Source: Rhizodiscina lignyota
Lineage: Eukaryota
Direction: 5' to 3'
DNA length: 64,000 bases
Assembly: GCA_010015805.1 (NCBI GenBank)
Contig: ML978137.1
Span: 310,001-374,000, forward strand
The translations under genes and the position numbers were made by a program. This document shows, one piece after another, positions 13,270 through 23,648 of this stretch. The notes beneath the pieces were generated by a model that had not been told where the DNA came from, did no database searches, and was given only the letters and a program-made list of their open reading frames with translations. Within the stretch, counting starts at the first letter, position 1, and each line of letters opens with the position of its first letter.

Positions 13270-13874
13270 CAAATGCAGTCCTGATCAGCGTCCTCAAATC
13301 CTTCCGTTTTCCCTCAATCTTCTTGCTTGTCGCGTTGGAGCACACGCTGTTGCACCTGCGTTGTTGAGTTGCTTTGCGACTCTGCCCTTGCACCCGACGG
13401 ACGATCCTCCTACAGGGCCCGCTACCGATTCGCCGGCGCGTGGGATCTCATTGCGCACGACTCGCGCTTAAACAACACAGCTCTTCTCGACGTCAATCAG
13501 TCAAGCCAAATCAAATCACCCGCGGCAGCATACACACCCTCTATACATACCCGGCACTTGCTGCCTTCCGCAGGGCCCGCCTCCGTCACTCCCACCGCGC
13601 GATCTCAAGGAAAGGTACGTACGGAGTAATGCTGCTCCCTATGCCCCACAGCGACTACCCTGAGTACCCTCAAATCCCCTGTCCACCACTCGTTTCGTTC
13701 CGTTTATGTCAACTCCTTCTGGCCCCAACACCAATCCCCCAAGCTTAAATCTCAAGCTTCCCGATCCCAATATTTCCGTCCTACCCCAATGCTGACCCGC
13801 CTCCCAGAAGTACGCGTTGCTCGTCCAAGTTGGTGCGAGTAGACCCTCCGCGCCTACAGACAAAAGAGCAGAGC
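13270..13874 (+). promoter_or_regulatory. Long spliced 5' leader of the C2H2 gene with intron 13615-13807
   Basis: Donor AAG|GTACGT at 13615; branch GCTGAC ~13791; acceptor CAG ending 13807. Pyrimidine-rich tracts and a TATA-like TTATACATA near 13218. The transcription start is inferred. Confidence 0.55.
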
Positions 13875-15993
13875 ATGACTTCCTTCGCCGTCTTTCCTCC
13901 CACCATGCCTCCCCACGACTTCGACCTGTTCAGCACGTCGGGCGACAACTACCCTAACGACATGATGGCGACTACTCAAGCATTCGCCATGCCAAATTCT
14001 TTCTTCGAAAACCCATTCGCTGCCGCCATTTCTACTCTCGACTCATCCGCATCCATCTACGCGCCGCAAATGCCTCGCCCTGTCGACTTCATCCCCACCT
14101 CTCACGCAATGAAGCACAACTATACAAGGGACGTTACTCCTCCACCCGTATCACAATCCTACGAGAGCATACAACCACACCAGCAAGTCTCGACATCATC
14201 AGAGTCGAACAACTCAGTCCAGAGCTCATCATCCTCCACTCTTGCATCACCATCATTACGCGCCCAACAGCAGGTCCAGGCTCAGTATCAGCAGTCATGG
14301 GGACTGGGCCTTCCTCAGGGCGTTGTCCCACATGAGGGTTTCGTCAACTCGGCTTTCGAGCAGGATCTCGATAAGCAGCAGCCCGGTTGTGTGGGTGAGT
14401 CTTCATCAGTTTCTTCGTCACCGCAAAACACTCTTCTTTCTGCGCACTCTCCTCTCTCAGCAACGTCAGTCATTCAGCCTTTTGATCTCAATTTTGCCTG
14501 GGCTGGATCCTCGTACAACGCTGGAAGCGGGGAGAGCGGGTCTCAATTGAGTACTCCAAGGGCAATTCCAAGCCAGCCAGCCGCTGGCAGCCCTGCTTCT
14601 GGCGTTGAGGAGAGTGTCGCAAGATTCAAGAGTCCTAGCCCATCTTCATTCACATCGCCGTCGCAATCGCGAGTAGGCAATTTTTCTGCCGCTCGCCGCA
14701 ATTCCCTCTTGTCGAATCAAGTCTGGCCCACAACAACCACTCCGGAGTCACAGTCTCTCGTAACGTCACCAGAGTCATTCGTATCGTCATCTTTCTTCAA
14801 TCAAAGTAGTGGTCGTTTCATTCCTCCACTCGATTCTTATTGTTGGTTTCCATTTGCTACTACCAGTTCGGTTTTGGCTTTCGCATCATTGGTTGAAGAG
14901 CTTTCACTGACTTGATGATTGAGCAGACCCCTCTCTTATCAATCCCTTTGGTTCTCCTAGCCTCTACTCTTCCGCTACCTTCAACGCCCTTGGTGCAACA
15001 CACTCTCCTCGGCCTGTAGTTGATCATCCGCCATCACCCGCACCTTCTAATGCTTCGACCCGCAGCCATACCCAAAATTTCGCCGACTCGCGAAGATTCA
15101 AACATTCTGGAAGTCAATCGCCATATCTCCACAATTATGCCCACCAGCCGTATCCTCCTCAGCAGTACCCTGGACAGAGGAGGGCATCACAAGCCTCCAT
15201 CCATTCCCGACACTCAAACTCCAGCCCACGAAGCGGTAGTTTCGAGTTGGACGATGAGAGTGTCCAGCGTGGACTCTGCCCGATTCCGGACTGCGGCCGC
15301 GTCTTCAAGGACCTCAAAGCGCACATGCTGACCCACCAAAACGAGCGCCCTGAAAAGTGCCCAATCGTCACGTGCGAGTACCACGTGAAGGGCTTTGCCA
15401 GGAAGTACGACAAAAACCGACATACCCTTACGCATTACAAGGGTACGATGGTTTGTGGCTTCTGCCCCGGTAGCGGCTCTGCGGCCGAGAAGAGCTTCAA
15501 CCGCGCCGATGTGTTCAAGAGGCATCTCACCTCAGTCCATGGGGTCGAACAAACGCCGCCGAACAGCAGGAAGAAGTCACCGTCATCCTCCAAAAAGGGA
15601 TTCAGCGCAGTGGACAGCAAGCCAGGCACTTGCTCCACGTGCGGCGTCACCTTCACCAACGTGCAGGAGTTCTACGAGCACTTGGACGACTGCGTCATGC
15701 GCGTTGTCCAACAGACCGATCCGTGCGAGGCGATCAACCAGAAGAACCTGGGGTCTGTCCAGGACGACGCGCAGGTGCAGGAGACGCTCGACCGGCACAG
15801 TCTTCCGGCACAGGCCGACTACAGTGCAACGGACAACTACGAGGATGCCGACGAGGACGACGATTCAGAGGAGCAGGCCGACAACGACGACGCCAACGAC
15901 GAGACGTACGGCTCTCGCAACCCGCGTGCGGGTAAAGGCGCCATCAAGAGCCGCAAGACCGCGACGCAGGGTGCGAATGGCAATTCCAGTTGA
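13875..15993 (+). CDS. C2H2 zinc-finger transcription factor (three C2H2 plus one C2HC finger); form terminating at the first stop
   Basis: ATG 13875 (MTSFAVFPP). Exon to 14394, donor GTGAGT 14395, acceptor CAG ending 14926, giving GCVDPSLI across the junction. Fingers: CPIPDCGRVFKDLKAHMLTH, CPIVTCEYHVKGFARKYDKNRHTLTH, CGFC...FKRHLTSVH, CSTC...HLDDC. Acidic tail, then TGA 15991-15993. About 528 aa with the upstream donor. Confidence 0.92.
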
Positions 15994-16042
15994 CAATTAA
16001 CACATCCCCGGGGTGTCGGCGCTTCGCAGCACACCGGGGGTG
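15991..16042 (+). promoter_or_regulatory. Putative stop-codon readthrough signal: UGA-CAAUUA plus 3' stem-loop
   Basis: AGT TGA CAA TTA ACA, then a hairpin at 16003-16042: CATCCCC/GGGGGTG and GGTGT/ACACC stems capped by GC pairs. Confidence 0.75.
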
Positions 16043-16515
16043 GCATCACCAAATCTTCCTCGAGAGTGGCCTCGGGTGTGCGAGGCTCCTCCACAGCAGA
16101 CAACATCCGCCGCGGCCTGACGTACAGCAAGGGCGGCGTACCACTATCGCAGCCCATGTCTGGCCGCAAGAAGCGCAAGCACTATCCAGCCAGCTGGGGC
16201 TGCGCGACCGACAAGATGCGCATGAAGAAGCGCGTGCTCTGTGTCTACGACGGCCCGCGCCGTCTGTGGAAGGACGACATGATGCTCGACAGCGAGTTCG
16301 AGGTCCGCCTTCCCATGGTCAACCCGCATGACCCAACGGCCCGCAGCTACGTGACAGACCTTGACGTGCAGACACTTCGACGCGCGGAGGCCCTTCATGG
16401 CACCACGGAAGAGGACAGGGGAGAGTGGATCCCCGACAACATCTTGCCTGCTGACGGCGACTTTGTCGACGGCGGCATGCCCGCTGTCAGCGTCGCCCCA
16501 GCCGTGCTTGTTTGA
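15994..16515 (+). CDS. In-frame C-terminal extension (173 codons) of the C2H2 factor beyond the TGA
   Basis: Same frame as ORF 15247-15993 (15247 and 16066 are both 1 mod 3). No stop until TGA TGA at 16513-16518. Same GC3-rich codon usage as the finger exon. Encodes GLTYSKGGVPL...GRKKRKHYPASWGC...MRMKKRVLCVYDGPRRLWKDDMML...YVTDLDVQTLRRAE. Confidence 0.8.
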   Translation, partial: QLTHPRGVGASQHTGGGITKSSSRVASGVRGSSTADNIRRGLTYSKGGVPLSQPMSGRKKRKHYPASWGCATDKMRMKKRVLCVYDGPRRLWKDDMMLDSEFEVRLPMVNPHDPTARSYVTDLDVQTLRRAEALHGTTEEDRGEWIPDNILPADGDFVDGGMPAVSVAPAVLV

Positions 16516-17277
16516 TGAGACTGATTGTGCGAATGAGCCTGATGGCACTGTACTTTTAATTGTACCCTTCTTGTTTCTTCTTTTCAAAGCTTTGGCGGGA
16601 CCACTTTTGGCTTTTTCGAGCAGTTTTTGAGGACTGGGCCAGCCTCCTTTTTTTTTTTTCCTTCTTCTCTCTTTTATAATCTTCGATTCCAACGGAACAC
16701 TGCGATGAAAACCCTTCACAAAAAACTTTTCTTTTCTTTTTCTTCTATGGGAGGACGACAAATCATGAGTGGGATGACGGGACACTATTGAAAGGCTCTG
16801 ACGTCTAGCCTTCGATGCAGGCTTGCACAGCCTTGGGAATTACTAGCTGGAACGGCTATTGGAACTTTTGGGTCTCTTTGCTGAGCACTTTGAGCGAAAT
16901 GCCTTTGTACCCTAGCGAAAAGTCAAATGAATTTGATTTTTAATGCCTATTGTCCACGGTTACATTTTGTCGATGCATGTGAGAATCTAGCACAGCACAT
17001 TCCTGAGGGCTTCTGCTGTCTAAGACACGACACCCATTCCATCAACACGCAAAATGGTGTGGACGTGGAAGGGCGCCTGCTCGCAAGTTCGCTGTATCAC
17101 GTTCCTCGTCCACACTCAACCCAACGTGGAAGTTTCGAAGATACGAGAGTGCAATTGATCTAAACATATTATTCGCATTCGTATCTCGTCATAGTAACAC
17201 TTCAACTCCAGCGCTTGATGCCTCAGAGACAACTGCAGAACATATCGTTGAGAAAAAAAATGTCAAGTAACTTTTCT

Positions 17278-19181
17278 TCACCTCCGCTTGAATCTCTTCG
17301 CCTGGTGCGGTTGACTCCCATATGCTCGTCTGCCCTCGTGCTTCTTATCCCTCGCCATGCTGGCGCCGAGCGTGATATCCACCCTCGGGGGCGTCGGGAA
17401 GCCGAAAGACTTCGCTACCTTCACCAGATCAAGCTTATGCACGTCAAACACCGATCGGAGACTATGTGATGCATACGCCTGCAGATACGACCTGTATCCA
17501 TCTTTCGCCGACTGTGACCAATCAGTACGCTTCCTTAGATCAGGAGATGATGGGGAGCACAAACCTTGTTCAGATAGTAGTTCTGGCCAATCAACTTTTC
17601 CAGCTGGCTCTGGATGTTCAGGATCTTCTTGGCCGGTAGCTCAAACTCCACTAGTGGGACTCTTGCCTCTTTCAGGTGCTTCAGGAATCCGACCTCCGAG
17701 GGCTGGAGAAACATCAGGCTCCTCCCCTTGCCGCTGGCACCTCTAGCGGTACGACCAACACGGTGGATGTAGTCGCGAGGATCATCAGGAGGGTCAAATT
17801 GGACGATCCAGTCCACAGCTGGTATGTCCAAGCCTCGTGCCGCAACGTCGGTGCATATGAGGACGCCAGTTTTCGCGTTGCAAAACTCGAAGAATGTGTT
17901 TGTGCGCTTCTGCTGCTTCTGCTTGCCGTGGAGGTCGAGTACGGGAAGGTCGATGTAGTTCAGCAGCTCAGAGTAGTACTTGACGCAGTTGCAACTGCTG
18001 AAGAAGACAATGATCTTCTTCTTCGCATTGCGCTTGAGGAAAGAGAAGAGAAGGCGGAAGCGCATGTCCGATTCGCATACGACGTAGCCTTGCTCGAGCC
18101 CTTCCACCGTGCTGTGCTCCTTGCGGTAATCGACATTGATGTAGAGGGGACCTGGACGAAGCGAGATTCGAGCGAGATCCTCGACTTTGGTCGTTTGTGT
18201 TGCCGAGAAGAGCATTGTCTGCCGCTCGTCCTTTGGCAGGACCTTGATGATTTGGCGCATTTCGTCCTCGAACCCAACCTCGAGGATCCTATCTGCTTCA
18301 TCGATGACCAAAGCCCTTAGATTCTTGAAGACAAAGCCTTGGGTATTCTGCAGATGATCCAGCAGTCGTCCAGGCGTGGCAACGAGCAAATTCACGCCCT
18401 TTGCCAGCTTCTCCGCCTCGGCTCTCCTGTTTGCACCACCGATGACAATACCGAACGTCTGGCTGTGGTGTTCCATGAGCTCTCTCGCCACGCCAAAAAT
18501 CTGGAGGGCAAGTTCGCGAGTGGGAGACACGATGATCACGCCAGTGCCGTTTCTTGGTTTGAAGCGAAGCGCACTCAGCATCTCCACTGCTGGGATGAGG
18601 AAAGCCAGCGTCTTTCCTGAGCCAGTCTTCGCAGCTCCCAAGACGTCTCTGCCCGCCAAAAGAGGTGGGATGCCTCTGCGTTGGATTTCGGTCATGTTCT
18701 CGAAGCCCATTCCTTGTATTGCCTTCATCGTCTTCTCTGAGAGTTGGAGGTCGGTGAATTTCTCGGGCTCCGTGTCCGTAGCAGGCAACGAGACACCACT
18801 CATTGAAGGAAGGTCCGCTGCGGCCGTAGTCTCCCCATTTGCTTCTCCTGCTTCGTCTTCAGCATCACCATCTTGTTCTGCCTCGTCAACTGAGGCATCC
18901 TCCTCTGCGCCAGCTTTTGCGGCAATCTCCCGCAGTTGTTTATTTAGCTCCTCCTCCCCCGCGATGTCTTCCTCATGATCGCTCGCGGTTCCTTGTTCTG
19001 GTACCTCGACTTCGGGCTCTGGAGAGTGCTCTCTCTTCGACTTCTTCGATGCTTTCACCGTTACGCCATTGCCTGTCAAGGCAACAGTGGATTCGACAGT
19101 CTCGGCCTGTTTGGGTATATTTTCATGCACGCGGCCATGCTTTCGCTTTCGCTTCTTATTTTCACGCTCAATGCTCGTCAT
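17278..19181 (-). CDS. HAS1: ATP-dependent DEAD-box RNA helicase Has1 (ribosome biogenesis)
   Basis: ATG 19181. Q motif (GFENMTEIQ), [36 protein letters not shown]. Intron 17564-17512 joins YYLNK to [22 protein letters not shown], a C-terminus typical of Has1. Confidence 0.95.
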
Positions 19182-19616
19182 GGTGACAGGAAAGGTTGGT
19201 GCGTTTGAATTTTGAGCGCGGGAAACTTTTTTAGATGGGCAAAGTTGCGAAATCTTGGCGCTGCTCAACGGGCCGACTGGGAAAACTTCGGGGCTACCGT
19301 AAAAATCGGACCTACAAGTACTGCGCTGACAGCGGCCGCGAACTATGTAAGGGAATAAGTGGGCCAGTTTCCATAAGACCAATGAGAGAGAGCAAAAGTT
19401 TGTGTGCATCTACATATGTACCGCAGAATCCCAATTTGGAAAAGCGTACATTTCGCCCAGTACCTGCCGAAAAGGTCACAGGAGGGCATGACTAAAGCTC
19501 TCAAAACTCAACTGATTCACAAGTGCTTAGCCCAACATCTCCTAAAGGCTAAAGCAGAGTCGAAATCCCATGGTCCCGTTTCATCGTGATGATGTGAAAG
19601 ACCTCGTGGAGCTAGA

Positions 19617-21633
19617 ATGCTATGTTCGATCTGTAACTCACTGCAACAGCCATTGACTGAAAAGGGGGAGGAGCAAGCTGTGCGCCAGAAAGAGAATCTC
19701 GCCTGGGACGACCTTGAAAGGTCTTCCGAGACCTGCTACTGCTGCAAGGTCTTCCTCGAAGGATGCGCTCGATGCATGGAACAACATGACATACGTATTT
19801 CTGATGTTAAAGCCTTTGACATCAGCCTTGCCTTTAGCTACACGCCTTATCCGAAGAGCGAACTGGAGAAAGACCGTTGGAAAAATATTACCTTTGAATT
19901 AGAAAAATGACCGTTCGTTTTCTGTTGAAACATTTACATTGGAAGGTTAGTGCTTCACAATTAACAAACCTATTCTTGTGCGCTAATGAATTGCGGTTGC
20001 AGACGAGGACTGGCCACGTCCGGAGTCTTGGGTTGATTTTCCTACCGGTATTCGAACTTCTGCCGAGACAGGTTCTGCACAAGCTTTTGGAAAAGTATTG
20101 GAGTGGTTAACGGAATGCGAACAAGAGCACGAAGACTGCCGTCAGCGCTCTGAACTTAGACTGCCCACTCGAGTTCTCGATGTCGGTCTGGACGATGGGA
20201 TTATCAGACTACATGAGAGCAGCGATGAATCCGGAAAATATACTGCCTTAAGTCATTGTTGGGGGTCGATTCAAATCTTGACGACAACTAAAGAGACTCT
20301 CGATGACCGCAAGGAAGGCATTCCCTCAGAACACCTTTCGAAGACATTCTCCGAAGCTATTGAGATTACGCGAAGATTAGGGATCAAGTACATCTGGATC
20401 GACTCCCTCTGCATAATTCAGGACGACAAGGCGGACTGGCTTAATGAAGCATCGAAGATGGCTGATGTCTATCGAAATGCCTACCTCACGATTGCCGCGA
20501 CGCGGTCTGCGGGCGGCGATGGCGGCTTATTTACGTCCACCCCCGATCTCGAAGTATCAGGAAGCACGCCGACTGACGAGGGATACCGTATTATTTTCCG
20601 AGAACAAATTAAACACGTTCGCATGCACGAGAGCGATGACGACAGATGCCCGCTCTTCTGCCGCGGTTGGTGCTACCAAGAGCGACTTCTGTCTACCCGG
20701 GTTCTGCATTTCGGTCCGCAGGAATTGTTTTTCGAGTGCCTCACTGAGTCGCAATGTGAATGCGGAGGAATATACGGGCATGAAATTGCTCTGCCAAGAC
20801 AAAAACTCGCTTATGCCAAAGCCCTCTATTGCTCGAATATGTATTACGTGGCCAAGGTATGGCGGACAATGGTTTTGGAGTATTGCGATCTCAGCTTCAC
20901 TTTCAAGAATGACAAGCTACCTGCACTGGGAAGCGCTGCAAGACAAGTAGCCGATAAGCGCAAATCGAGATATCTTGCCGGTCTCTGGGAAGATTCAATT
21001 ATTAAGGATCTGTTTTGGGAAGGCTTTGGCTGGACAAAGAAGCGATATTCACCATGGAGAGCTCCAACTTGGTCCTGGGCTAGCATCGAAGGCTTAGTAT
21101 ACTACAAAGATGCTCCACTGACATGGTCTAGCACTGAATCTTCTGAAGGTAGGTCTGAGCACGACCTAATACCCAGTAGTCAGATGGTATCGTGCGAGAT
21201 CACGCCAGCTGGAGCGGACGAATTCGGCGAGCTCCAAAGCGCCGTTTTGACACTTTCTGGCGACTGTTTCGACGCTTTGTTGACCTATGATCCTAGAGCA
21301 GCAGCTGAGTCTTATTATTCTGCACCCGCCAAGAAGATCACATTTTGGCTCACCCGGGAGGACACAGCGCCGTTCGAAATGATGCCCGACTACAACCTTG
21401 CGAGCGACGATACACATTACGCCGTCTCCGCCACAGAGGTCGTGTGCATTCGCTTGAGCAGATCGAAAGGCGTATATGTTTCTCAGCAGAAACCAATAGT
21501 CCATCGCTATCTAGTGCTTCGTCTGAGCAAGTCGCAACAAGGACACTATGAGCGAATCGGATCCATTGAGATTGATAAGCAGCAAACTCTCGATGAAAAG
21601 TGTTTGACGCGCAGAAGCGTTTCAATTATCTAG
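19617..21633 (+). pseudogene. HET-domain (heterokaryon incompatibility family) gene with an apparent frameshift near 19903-19907
   Basis: HET motifs LPTRVLDVG, YTALSHCWG, LGIKYIWIDSLCIIQDD, MADVYRNAYLTIAAT, RGWCYQERLLS, YLAGLW, RAPTWSWAS. Intron 19946-20002. Exon 1 (MLCSIC...) stops at TGA 19908 unless one A is removed from the A5 run. May be an intact gene with a sequence error. Confidence 0.75.
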
Positions 21634-21734
21634 ATCAATGGAGAAGGGAAGTGTACGACAGATCGCGTATAGGAGAACTAAATGCCATTCATATGAATCG
21701 TGAACGCATCTTGTACAATGCGTCTGCCTTGCGC

Positions 21735-23648
21735 TCAAACCTTCTCTCCAGCCACCTCCTCCACACGCTCTACCCTCATAATGTTCGATTTCTCTTCAAT
21801 GACATCCAGATTGACGTCCGCCACCTCCGCTTTCTCACCGTCAAAGATTTTTGCAATTTCCTCCAGCGTCGGACCGCGTGTCTCCACGAACAGGAAGTAG
21901 ACAAACAGGCATTCAAACGCAAGCCATCCCTATCGCGGAGCGGGTTAGCGCCTCTATTTAGAAGCCATCGACCAATTGACTACTTACGCAATAAATCGAG
22001 TAGAACCTCCATCGAGGCTTCAAATTACTCAATCCAATGGGGTTGATGTATTGGTTGAACACAAGGGCGGCTTGTACGAAGAAGTTCATCAACATCAGAC
22101 CCTTTGCGCGGATCTTGTATGGCAAGATCTCGACTGTGTATGCGATGAGGAGACCGGACCATGCGATGTTGTAGAAGACGCCGTGTGCGAAGATGAAGAA
22201 GATGACTGCTTTTCCGGCGCCAAGATTGCCCTGAAGGTCGTAAACCGCAGAGCAAGCGGTCCACAAGATGAAGCAGACACACATCCCTGAAATGCTGTAT
22301 CAGTGAATTTGAATTGGTATCGGCAGCATGCATGCTAGGTATACGTACCGATGGTCGCTGTCAAAAACAATGGTCGTCTTCCGACTCTGTCAACAACGGA
22401 CGCTGCAATGAGACCGACGATCAACTAGAGTACGCTGTTAGTGCCGACCACGACTCCATTGCTTCAGCAGAATGCTCACAGAGAGAATTGTCTTGGATCC
22501 ATTAATCTCGAACTGTTCGTTTGTATTTGTGACACCGATACTGTCCATGACAAGAGCGAAGTAGTAGCTCGTGAGTCCATTTCCGCTCCATTGAGAAAAG
22601 AGGCCCAGTCCGATCAGGATAATCAGCCGATACCTGTTCCCCTTTGTTCGGAAGAAGTCCAAGAAGCTGCTTGATTTCTTTGCCTCATATTCAATGCGTA
22701 ATGTCTCCCGAATCTCGACGAACTCGAACTGTACGGTCGCATCGGTGATATCCCCATTAGCGTGGTACTTTGCGAGAGTTTTGAGAGCTTCGTCATCTCG
22801 ATCTTTGGCAAGCAGCCAACGTGGCGACTCGGGAATGATCCAGATGAACAAGAACAGCAAGAGCGAAGGCGCTGCCTGAACGATTGAAGGGATGCGCCAC
22901 GACCAGTCATTCTTGATGTTGAACGTGCCGAAGGTGAGCCAGGTGGCTACGATCGATCCGATGTCCCAAAGTTGGTTAAAGACGGTTGTGACACGACCAC
23001 GGTGTTGAGGATGACAGAGCTCAGTCAGAAGCAGTGGGGCGGAGTTCGAGGAGATGCTGTTGCCGAAACCGACGAAGAACCTCGCAGCGATGAACACTTG
23101 TAGCAAGTCAGTCTCAAACCCTGCTCCAGAAAATTGTGAAGGGCGTCATACTGGAGAAGTTTTGGGCAGCTCCTTGGACCGCGACGCCGACGAAGAGGAA
23201 CAAGCATCCAGTTATGATCGCCCATCGTCGGCCGAAGATGTCGGCGATGTACGGTCTGACATGTTGGTTAGCTACATAAGACTAAATGCATCAATGGACT
23301 GAAATCCTACGCGAATGGGAGACCAGCAAGACTACCAATGCTGTAAATTGAGCCAAACAGGCCAAGCAACGAGCCCTTTGGATGGTCGAAATAGTCTTGC
23401 CAAACTGGCAGGATTTGAAGGCCGTTAAGCATCGAGCTGTCGAACGTTAGATCCGGGAGAACCACAATGCAGAGAGTTCGGAAATGTTCATACCCATCGT
23501 AACCTGTAGTCGCCGATGCCAAACAAAGACACATAACCAGTGCATACAGCTTCCTCAATCCTGGGTCCTTATACCAAATGACATGACGAAGCTTAGGCGC
23601 CTCTGAGACGGCCACACTGCGCTCTGTCTGATGAAGTGCCCCGACCAT
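21735..23648 (-). CDS. MFS sugar porter, lactose-permease / cellodextrin-transporter-like
   Basis: Multi-exon. SATTGYDG-SMLNGLQ, ADIFGRRWAI, ARFFVGFG, ELCHPQHRG, WSWRIPSIVQ, IPESPRWL, FSQWSGNGL, YTVEILPYKIRAKG, ETRGPTLEEI. Stop at 21735. Confidence 0.92.

Noticed and set aside
15991..15993. A-to-I editing of the stop (UGA to UGG) as the bypass mechanism
   Set aside because: Fungal stop-loss editing is known mainly at UAG in sexual stages of Sordariomycetes; the CARYYA context plus 3' hairpin fits ribosomal readthrough better.
15932..16096. An intron (GTAAAG 15932 or GTGCGA 15971 to CAG 16096) that would remove the TGA in frame
   Set aside because: No branch-point motif near the acceptor, the interval is GC-rich and codon-biased unlike the real introns here, and the nearer CAG at 16029 is out of frame. 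Disfavoured but not excluded without RNA-seq.
17357..19208. Long antisense ORFs over HAS1 and similarly over other GC3-rich genes
   Set aside because: Shadow ORFs caused by codon bias on the coding strand.
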